Virus record (IMG/VR): IMGVR_UViG_2541047124_000022
Length of the DNA stretch: 14,871 bases
Reading direction: 5' to 3' (one strand)
Source of the DNA: a virus
Lineage: Duplodnaviria > Heunggongvirae > Uroviricota > Caudoviricetes
This document shows, one piece after another, positions 7,241-13,557 of the stretch (position 1 is the first letter of the stretch; every line of letters begins with the position of its first letter). The notes under the pieces were generated by a model, which had not been told where the DNA came from, did not search any database, and was given only the letters and a program-made list of their open reading frames with translations. Position numbers and translations under genes: made by a program.

Positions 7241-7441
7241 CTAACTATTTGTTTTCCGTAATGGAGAAAAAATGAGGCTCTCTTTAGATAATTTGAGGGT
7301 TGGTGAAACTTTAGATACCGCTTCCTCAATTCTTTCAGCCATTGCAACTGAGGGGCGCCTAAAACCCAGAGCCATCTGGTTCAGGTATGCAACGCTAGTC
7401 CCAGATAACTGTGCCAGCCGCCTCCATTCATCCGCGCTCAT
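7241..7441 (-). CDS. Cro-like HTH regulator, 66 aa
   Basis: ATG at 7441 preceded by AGGAG; HTH-like segment WRRLAQLSGTSVAYLNQMALGFRRPSVAMAERIEEAV; divergent from the CI-like gene across an operator-rich region. Confidence 0.6.
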   Translation of the reverse strand: MSADEWRRLAQLSGTSVAYLNQMALGFRRPSVAMAERIEEAVSKVSPTLKLSKESLIFSPLRKTNS

Positions 7442-7579
7442 GACTCCTCTGATTGAGAGCAATACACTGGACATAAAAAACCCCATACTGTATTGGTTAT
7501 TAGCAACGTGCTAACATTAGCACATGAGATCACAATACAGCAATACGCTGTAAAGCATTTAGCTAACAATGAGACAAGC
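7442..7579. promoter_or_regulatory. Right operator/promoter region between divergent cro-like and cI-like genes
   Basis: Palindrome TTAGCA-ACG-TGCTAA at 7500-7514; half-site TTAGCAC at 7517-7523; self-complementary TTAGCTAA at 7559-7566. Confidence 0.55.
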
Positions 7580-8035
7580 ATGGAAATCAAAGATATTCGC
7601 TTAAAAAATCTACAGACGGTAATCCAACGCAGCGGCTTAACCCAGACAGATCTGGCGTTAAAATGTGAGATATCACCCTCACTTATAAGCCAAATAATGA
7701 CTAAGCGCAGGAATATGGGAACTGCTCTCGCTAGAAAACTCGAGGGGCGACTGAGCCTATCAGAAGGATGGTTTGACATCCCCCACTCATTGCTGGATTC
7801 CCCATGGCATCTAGCTAAAATGAGGGAAAAGACTGGTGAGACCACTATTGATGAACAGCAACTAACTAAAAGAGAGACTCGACTTATTGAGTTATTCAGA
7901 CAAATGCCTGAAAGCGAAAAAGACAGGATAATCAGTGAGTTATCTGAAAAGAAACGTAATTTTGACAAACTACTTGATGAGCTAATGGCTGTTAAAGCAT
8001 CAAGAATGCCGATCGACAAAGACGAAAATGAATAA
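7580..8035 (+). CDS. CI-like repressor: N-terminal XRE-type HTH, C-terminal charged helical region, no S24 peptidase domain, 151 aa
   Basis: ATG at 7580 (tracked ORF begins at upstream TTG 7493). HTH segment LTQTDLALKCEISPSLISQIMTKRRNMGTALARKLEGRL; flanked on both sides by the same operator motif. Confidence 0.65.
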   Translation: MEIKDIRLKNLQTVIQRSGLTQTDLALKCEISPSLISQIMTKRRNMGTALARKLEGRLSLSEGWFDIPHSLLDSPWHLAKMREKTGETTIDEQQLTKRETRLIELFRQMPESEKDRIISELSEKKRNFDKLLDELMAVKASRMPIDKDENE

Positions 8036-8069
8036 TAAATACAACGCACTATAAAAAAAACAGCAAATA

Positions 8070-8112
8070 TTAGCATTTTGCTATTGTCAAGAATAACGCA
8101 TAGCGCTACATT
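8070..8112 (+). promoter_or_regulatory. Left operator plus promoter for the plus-strand early operon
   Basis: Inverted repeat TTAGCA-TTT-TGCTA at 8070-8083 (same motif as right operators) abuts -35 TTGTCA (8084-8089), 17-nt spacer, -10 TACATT (8107-8112). Confidence 0.5.
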
Positions 8113-8147
8113 CACCTCAGCAAGTAAAAACAAGTGAGGTGAATGTA

Positions 8148-8591
8148 ATGTTAAATGATAAACATGACTCTTATTCCGTAAACTCTCTGTTGATTTGTGC
8201 TCAAGCGGCACTATTAGGCGGTACCGCTTCAAACCATGACGTCATCAACCTCTTAGATGTTGCACAAGACATCATCTCTTCAACTATGAATTCCTTTACA
8301 GATAGTAGCGCTCCCGGCGCTAATGTTGATTTATTTACCAAAGAAGTTAGCGCTAGTAATTCCCCAGCATTATCTTTCGGTCAACGTATTCTCCAAGCGC
8401 GTAAATCAGCAAGTCTTCAACAACATCATATTGCCAGCGGTGCTGGAGTGACTGTTCAGGCTGTTTCGTTATGGGAAAATGACTCAGCAATTCCTACTTG
8501 CGACAAAATTATCCCATTGGCAAATATTCTTGGCTGCGATCCAATGTGGTTACTGACTGGTGCTTATAAACAAAATCAGGAGGAAGCATAA
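8148..8591 (+). CDS. Protein with C-terminal XRE-type HTH, 147 aa; first gene of the early-left operon
   Basis: ATG at 8148 with GAGGTG SD (tracked ORF begins at GTG 8139); HTH segment FGQRILQARKSASLQQHHIASGAGVTVQAVSLWENDSAIP. Confidence 0.65.
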   Translation: MLNDKHDSYSVNSLLICAQAALLGGTASNHDVINLLDVAQDIISSTMNSFTDSSAPGANVDLFTKEVSASNSPALSFGQRILQARKSASLQQHHIASGAGVTVQAVSLWENDSAIPTCDKIIPLANILGCDPMWLLTGAYKQNQEEA

Positions 8592-8592
8592 G

Positions 8593-8784
8593 ATGAAAAT
8601 GTTCAAAGGCCTTACCAACGAACCGGAGACAGTTTTTCATCACATTGCCGTACTGCTTGAAGCGGGGTTAATCATTTCGGCTTGCGGTGATGAAGAATGT
8701 GATGAACTTTCGGATGATATCTTTTTACTGGCACAACAATACGCCAGAAGCGCATGCGATGCATTTAAGGAGCAAAGAACATGA
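8593..8784 (+). CDS. Small acidic hypothetical protein, 63 aa
   Basis: ATG at 8593 with GGAGGA SD about 8 nt upstream, 1 nt after previous stop; overlaps next gene by ATGA. Confidence 0.55.
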   Translation: MKMFKGLTNEPETVFHHIAVLLEAGLIISACGDEECDELSDDIFLLAQQYARSACDAFKEQRT

Positions 8785-8972
8785 TAACTCCATTAAATAT
8801 TCTTGAGGAAGTGGCAGCACAAATAAAAGAGAATACATCAATGCTTGAATTTATATTTAAGAATTCGCCTGATTCAGGAGAGACAGACGATTATTTATGT
8901 TGCCTCATTCGCTCCATGAATAAAACCTGTGAAATGACTTGCGAGTATATCGACACACTGCGCAACGAATAA
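8781..8972 (+). CDS. Small acidic hypothetical protein, 63 aa
   Basis: ATGA start/stop overlap with upstream gene. Confidence 0.5.
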   Translation: MITPLNILEEVAAQIKENTSMLEFIFKNSPDSGETDDYLCCLIRSMNKTCEMTCEYIDTLRNE

Positions 8973-9054
8973 AGAAAACTCAATAAACAATCACACATAA
9001 AAACATAACGGCCTCTGGTCGGGAATTTCCACAACCTGAAAATGGTGGTGATGC

Positions 9055-9153
9055 ATGAAAAACAGAAGTGCTTATAAAACCGCATTATTAATGGCTAATG
9101 CAGGATACTGGTCAGTTGCAATACTGTTTCTCAGGAAAGCATACGGGAAATAA
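9055..9153 (+). CDS. Possible small hydrophobic peptide, 32 aa
   Basis: ATG at 9055 with GGTGGTG upstream; MKNRSAYKTALLMANAGYWSVAILFLRKAYGK; stop 3 nt before next gene start. Below the ORF-track size cut-off. Confidence 0.25.
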   Translation: MKNRSAYKTALLMANAGYWSVAILFLRKAYGK

Positions 9154-9156
9154 CAA

Positions 9157-9522
9157 ATGACACATGAACCCATTAATACATATCGTCGCCGTATAGCTGT
9201 TGCGGCACTCCATCGAATAAAACGTAAAACAGGTGGTAATCTGCTTATTGTTGACCTTCCGGATGGGAACATTACGACCATAGAAATAACTGAACAGTTT
9301 ATAAACCAGTTGCTGTTACGCTTCGAAGGTATTACCCGTGGTGAATTGGGCCGGGTGGAGGGTGAAACCGAAATCCACACTGCATACCAGAATGCTATCG
9401 GGATTAATCAACATACTGAATACCTGACTGAAACCGGAAAGTTAATTATAGACACCTTTTTCAAGAGGTTATTGATTACGCGAAAGAAAAATATATCAGC
9501 GGAGGAATTAACTGATGGCTAA
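9157..9522 (+). CDS. Hypothetical protein, 121 aa
   Basis: ORF in the early operon; overlaps next gene by 8 nt. Confidence 0.5.
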   Translation: MTHEPINTYRRRIAVAALHRIKRKTGGNLLIVDLPDGNITTIEITEQFINQLLLRFEGITRGELGRVEGETEIHTAYQNAIGINQHTEYLTETGKLIIDTFFKRLLITRKKNISAEELTDG

Positions 9523-9730
9523 TTTATCCTCTGTATCTGTTGTGCACGAAAAAGTGCAGATCGTTATGATAATTGAAAATGGCCAAGTCACAGGTGTCTG
9601 CAAAGTCCGCGATGGCGAGCTGATTGCCAGCATGGATACATTCATACGGCTGGCAGAAAGAGCGGGGTATCAGATAACAGCACCTGCTCAGGAGGAAACC
9701 GGTGGCATTAACAGCAACACGCATTCCTGA
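9515..9730 (+). CDS. Hypothetical protein, 71 aa
   Basis: ATG with GGAGGA SD 7 nt upstream. Confidence 0.55.
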   Translation: MANLSSVSVVHEKVQIVMIIENGQVTGVCKVRDGELIASMDTFIRLAERAGYQITAPAQEETGGINSNTHS

Positions 9731-9920
9731 GCGGATCCACCGGCAGGCATTGCAGGTCCTGTTGTTGTACCGATGCCGACGGATATTTCCGCATCGGATA
9801 CAGCGCACCGGATATCTCAGTCTGAAGATTAACCGTCGCTGGCGGCTGTTATCGAAAGACGACGGCCGGAACTGGGAAGTAATGAGTCATGAACGTTATT
9901 CGGGAGAAATAAAGAAATGA
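9702..9920 (+). CDS. Arg-rich basic protein, 72 aa, GTG start
   Basis: GTG at 9702 with GGAGGA SD 5 nt upstream; stop overlaps next ATG (ATGA at 9917-9920); lies in a locally GC-rich segment. Confidence 0.4.
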   Translation: MALTATRIPERIHRQALQVLLLYRCRRIFPHRIQRTGYLSLKINRRWRLLSKDDGRNWEVMSHERYSGEIKK

Positions 9921-10309
9921 TCGACAACCGCACCGCCAGCGCCATTGACCAGGCATTACAGAAACATGATACACCCGTCGGCCCGTTATTTTTTGTAACA
10001 CGCCACGGAAGAACAAAAAAATGCCTCACCCGAAAAACGGCAATTCGTTACCTGGCATTCTTTATGACCACCCGCGCTTTTGAACGTTCAGGATTCCGAC
10101 AACGCTATCCTGACAAGCGTTTTATCTTCAACGGGAATGAGATATGGAAACGTGGAGAATCAACCACAGAGTATACCCGCGCACACCAGCGAACAATCAG
10201 ACGACTGCGCAGACTCATCGCCAGGAAACAGTATACAGAAAAATGGTTCAGAAAATATGACACATGGAGCGCCGGATATTACGAACTGATGGCAACAAAA
10301 CCATTCTGA
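9917..10309 (+). CDS. Hypothetical basic protein, 130 aa
   Basis: ATG with GGGAGAAA upstream; ATGA coupling to preceding ORF. Confidence 0.55.
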   Translation: MIDNRTASAIDQALQKHDTPVGPLFFVTRHGRTKKCLTRKTAIRYLAFFMTTRAFERSGFRQRYPDKRFIFNGNEIWKRGESTTEYTRAHQRTIRRLRRLIARKQYTEKWFRKYDTWSAGYYELMATKPF

Positions 10310-10369
10310 CGTAAACGAAATTAACCATGACGCAATTAAATAAGGCAAGCCGAATACATCAGGAGGACC

Positions 10370-10558
10370 ATGAACATTTATTTCAGAATAGTTATATCAC
10401 TGGCAATTATCACATGTATTTACGGATTAATCGTTCCGGCCCTCATATCAATGAAGGATACGGTAGCAGTGATTTCTGGCTTTGCTCTGGCGTGTCTGAC
10501 CCCGCCCTGCATTTATGCCATTTATAAGGGTCTTTCTTTTTCTAAGGATAAAAGATGA
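10370..10558 (+). CDS. Small membrane protein with two predicted TM helices, 62 aa
   Basis: Strong SD (CAGGAGGACC-ATG); hydrophobic stretches IVISLAIITCIYGLIVPALI and VAVISGFALACLTPPCIYAIY; ATGA-coupled to the downstream SPFH gene. Confidence 0.7.
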   Translation: MNIYFRIVISLAIITCIYGLIVPALISMKDTVAVISGFALACLTPPCIYAIYKGLSFSKDKR

Positions 10559-11382
10559 AAAAATTACTTTTTGCTTTAGCCCTTGTTCTGCCGACCATTG
10601 GCCTTGTCGGTTGCGATCGCGTTGAGCCTGGTAATGTGGGCATCAAAGTAAACAAACTGGGCGACGATAAAGGCGTCGGTGAAGTGGTCGGTGTTGGGCG
10701 CTACTGGACTGGATGGAACACTGAGGTTTACATCTTCCCGACCTTTAAGCAGATGAAGACCTACGATGATCCATTCAGTTTCCAGATGAGTGACGGTACA
10801 ACCATCGGCTATCACATCGGCGTGGCCTACAAAGTTGATCCATCCAAAGTTACCACGGTGTTTCAAACCTACCGCAAAGGCGTGGACGACATTACCGACA
10901 CCGACCTGCGCCAGAAGATAGCCGACGCACTCAACCGACTGGCCAGCAAAATGACCACCGACAAATTTATCGACGGCGGCAAGTCTGAGCTGCTGGATGC
11001 AGCTCTTAAAGACATTCAGGAAGAAATGACGCCCATCGGTATTCAGGTAATGAGCCTCTCATATGTGGGTAAGCCGGAGTACCCGCCTACTGTTATCGAC
11101 AGCATTAATGCCAAAGTCACGGCGAACCAGAAAACCCTGCAACGCGAGCAGGAAGTAAAACAGCGCGAAGCGGAAGCCAACATGTTGCGCGCGGAAGCTG
11201 CCGGACAGGCAGATGCGATTCGCACAAAAGCCCAGGCCGAAGCCGACGCTATTCGTTTACGCGGTGAAGCTCTGCGTCAGAACCCCGGTGTTATGGAGCT
11301 GGAAGCCATCAACAAGTGGAACGGTACACTGCCGCAATACATGACCAGCGGTGCCAACACACCATTTATTCAGGTTAAGTAA
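10555..11382 (+). CDS. SPFH/band-7 (prohibitin/HflC-like) lipoprotein, 275 aa
   Basis: Signal peptide with lipobox LVGC (Cys20); SPFH-like core; C-terminal Ala/Glu/Arg/Gln-rich coiled-coil region (QREQEVKQREAEANMLRAEAAGQADAIRTKAQAEADAIRLRGEA). Confidence 0.75.
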   Translation: MKKLLFALALVLPTIGLVGCDRVEPGNVGIKVNKLGDDKGVGEVVGVGRYWTGWNTEVYIFPTFKQMKTYDDPFSFQMSDGTTIGYHIGVAYKVDPSKVTTVFQTYRKGVDDITDTDLRQKIADALNRLASKMTTDKFIDGGKSELLDAALKDIQEEMTPIGIQVMSLSYVGKPEYPPTVIDSINAKVTANQKTLQREQEVKQREAEANMLRAEAAGQADAIRTKAQAEADAIRLRGEALRQNPGVMELEAINKWNGTLPQYMTSGANTPFIQVK

Positions 11383-11425
11383 TACATATGCCCGGTATTA
11401 CACGCCGGGCTGTCTGGAGATAAAA

Positions 11426-12175
11426 ATGAATATTGTAACCATCAACAACAAACAGTTTCCGGTAATCGAATATCGCGGTCAGCGTGTTGTGACATTTGCA
11501 ATGATTGATGACGTCCACCAGCGCCCGGAAGGTACCGCCCGTGCTGCGTTTAACCGCAACCGTTCTCACTTTATCGAAGGGGTGGATTTTCTTGAAATGA
11601 CTGCGGACGTAATACGTACGGAGTCACTTTCTGATGCCTTTGCCGCGCGAACTGCCAAAGGGATCATTCTTTTCGAGTCTGGTTACCTGATGTTGACGAA
11701 GCCTTTTAACGATACTCTTGCATGGCAGGTTCAGCGCGAACTGGTTAACAGCTATTTCCGAACTCACGCGCCGCTGACGGAAATGGAGATGATCGCTGCA
11801 ATGGCCGCCGATGCCGTTCGTCAGCAGAAGCGCCTGAGTCATGTTGAAGAGAAGATCGAAACGGTCACCAAAGCTGTGGAGAACATCAAACGCGGCACAA
11901 TGCGCACCGGATATGTCGGTTACCGCCAGGTGGTAGCCAAAAGCGGAATGAGTGACGCCAAGTGTCGGAATCTGGTCAACGCCTACCACATCCCTACCGA
12001 CACGCACGAATTTATGACTCCGGACGGTCTGTTGTCTCGCAGGGCTATCGTCGAGCTTGAGACATTTATGGCGGCATTCCACCAAATGATGTCAGAGGCT
12101 GAACCACGCGGCACACGCTGGTATCACCCGAATATGGGGCTTTTCCAGGTAATCGGATGGGAGGATAAAGCATGA
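11426..12175 (+). CDS. Rha/ORF6N-family phage regulatory protein (antirepressor-like), 250 aa
   Basis: ATG at 11426 with GGAGA SD 5 nt upstream (tracked ORF starts earlier in the same frame); N-terminal segment GQRVVTFAMIDDVHQRPEGTARAAFNRNRSHFIEGVDF matches the Rha/ORF6N pattern from memory. Confidence 0.55.
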   Translation: MNIVTINNKQFPVIEYRGQRVVTFAMIDDVHQRPEGTARAAFNRNRSHFIEGVDFLEMTADVIRTESLSDAFAARTAKGIILFESGYLMLTKPFNDTLAWQVQRELVNSYFRTHAPLTEMEMIAAMAADAVRQQKRLSHVEEKIETVTKAVENIKRGTMRTGYVGYRQVVAKSGMSDAKCRNLVNAYHIPTDTHEFMTPDGLLSRRAIVELETFMAAFHQMMSEAEPRGTRWYHPNMGLFQVIGWEDKA

Positions 12176-12741
12176 TCATCCAGTCAAAACTTATTCGCGC
12201 CGCTCTGGTGTGCGCTGCTAAAAACGACGTTCGTTATTACCTGAACGGTCTTCACATCAAGCCAAAACATATTGAGGCAACCAATGGTTTCGTAGCACTG
12301 CGCATGACTCACGGCATCCGGACGAAGAAAAACATCATTGTCCAGTTCGAAGGTGGCGTCCCGGCCAAAGCCGAAACGACAGAGCTGATTTTTAGTAAAG
12401 AGCCGATCGCTGTTCATCGCGACCAGTTTCAGCGCCGACTGTCCATTACCGGCATTAAATTGGTGGGCGGTTGTTTTCCGGATTTGGAACGCATCATTCC
12501 GAAAAAATTTGACCTCTGTACACACCCGGTGATCCAGGCGGGTTACCTGAGTTATCCAGAGAAGATGTTTGGTCGTGAGCGTAAATTTATTCCCGTCCAG
12601 TTACGTCCCTCCGGTGACGGGCAAGCGGTCAGAATTCAGTTTGATTCCATCATCAACTCAATGTATGGCAATCCTGAATTTGTTGTGATGCCTTGTCGTG
12701 ATCATGGCGATTTCAATGTGGCTCAGGAGCATCCGGAATGA
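12172..12741 (+). CDS. Truncated beta sliding-clamp (DnaN) homolog, 189 aa
   Basis: DVRYYLNG motif plus segments aligning by eye to E. coli DnaN domain II and C-terminus (ITGIKLVGGCFPDLERIIPKKFD; FVVMPCR). Too short to hold three clamp domains. ATGA coupling at both ends. Confidence 0.55.
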   Translation: MIIQSKLIRAALVCAAKNDVRYYLNGLHIKPKHIEATNGFVALRMTHGIRTKKNIIVQFEGGVPAKAETTELIFSKEPIAVHRDQFQRRLSITGIKLVGGCFPDLERIIPKKFDLCTHPVIQAGYLSYPEKMFGRERKFIPVQLRPSGDGQAVRIQFDSIINSMYGNPEFVVMPCRDHGDFNVAQEHPE

Positions 12742-12860
12742 AAATCGAATACCAGGACGCCGCAGGAGGTGAATCAATGAGCTGGCCTGATGCAATCGTA
12801 ACTCTGGGGGTGGTATTCGCAGCAGCGTTTGTTGTGTTCTCGATTTGTCGATGGGGATAA
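12738..12860 (+). CDS. Small single-pass membrane peptide, 40 aa (27 aa from internal ATG 12777)
   Basis: ATG 12738 overlaps clamp-like stop; internal ATG 12777 has AGGAGGT SD 6 nt upstream; hydrophobic core AIVTLGVVFAAAFVVFSI. Confidence 0.4.
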   Translation: MKIEYQDAAGGESMSWPDAIVTLGVVFAAAFVVFSICRWG

Positions 12861-12864
12861 CCAC

Positions 12865-13107
12865 ATGTTCGCTTTGATTCAACGCGGTCAGATATGCACG
12901 GACAGAGCCGGATACCCCGTGGTGATTACTCGCATCACTGAGCACTCAGTGTTCTTTCGACGGATGGACGGACGATCCGGGCGGGTACGCATTGGTGAGT
13001 TAAACTGCCTGTTCGAACATATTGACCACCAGGAGTACCGCAAAATTCTCGCGGACACTGAGCAGGAAAAGCACCTGAAAAAATTACGAGCCATAAAAAG
13101 GAAGTAA
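12865..13107 (+). CDS. Hypothetical protein, 80 aa
   Basis: ATG at 12865, 4 nt after the small peptide stop (tracked ORF starts upstream in frame). Confidence 0.5.
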   Translation: MFALIQRGQICTDRAGYPVVITRITEHSVFFRRMDGRSGRVRIGELNCLFEHIDHQEYRKILADTEQEKHLKKLRAIKRK

Positions 13108-13110
13108 AGA

Positions 13111-13257
13111 ATGAATAAAGCATTTGAACGATGGGTCCACCAGCGTTACGGCAATCGCTATGACCTGACGCGAGATGTTGACGGCTTCTGCTGTCGTGAA
13201 GTTGTGAAGCGAATGTTTGAAGTGTGGTGCCACTGCCGTGGGCTGAGTGTTGTGTGA
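13111..13257 (+). CDS. Small Cys-rich hypothetical protein, 48 aa
   Basis: ATG at 13111 with AGGAAG upstream, 3 nt after previous stop; MNKAFERWVHQRYGNRYDLTRDVDGFCCREVVKRMFEVWCHCRGLSVV. Below the ORF-track size cut-off. Confidence 0.35.
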   Translation: MNKAFERWVHQRYGNRYDLTRDVDGFCCREVVKRMFEVWCHCRGLSVV

Positions 13258-13265
13258 GGTAATGC

Positions 13266-13502
13266 ATGGGCAATGTGATTCAACTGGCTCCCAATGAATG
13301 GGTTTGTGAAAGCGTTCTTATCGCAATTACCGGGCTCAAACCAGGCACAATTCTTCGGGCCCGGAAAGAATGCTGGATGGTTGGAAGAGAGTATATTCAC
13401 GTATCACCAGACGGTAATCCAAAGCCTTCCAGTGAATGTATGTATAACAGAAAAGCAATAGATGCCTGGGTCGCCTCAATGAAAAACAAACAACCCAGGT
13501 GA
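13266..13502 (+). CDS. Excisionase-like protein, 78 aa
   Basis: Immediately upstream of integrase; GAGGT SD 5 nt upstream; pattern resembles lambda Xis (NEW.., GREY..). Confidence 0.55.
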   Translation: MGNVIQLAPNEWVCESVLIAITGLKPGTILRARKECWMVGREYIHVSPDGNPKPSSECMYNRKAIDAWVASMKNKQPR

Positions 13503-13557
13503 TTTAATATCATGAAATATGTAAGCTCGTATCGCTCTTGGGCGTCTGGAGGTATCG

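Noticed and set aside
10327-10527. Tracked ORF 10327..10527 (+)
   Set aside because: Overlaps 10370..10558 in a different frame; the latter has a near-perfect SD and encodes a clear two-helix membrane protein, so it was preferred.
7442-11425. LexA (SOS) box controlling an antirepressor
   Set aside because: Scanned the intergenic regions for CTGT-N8-ACAG by eye and found no convincing match; SOS control, if any, may lie outside the window or use a different mechanism.
11624-12525. Antisense ORFs 11624..12085 (-) and 12184..12525 (-)
   Set aside because: Lie opposite the Rha/ORF6N and clamp-like genes within a tightly coupled plus-strand operon; no start signals; likely chance frames.
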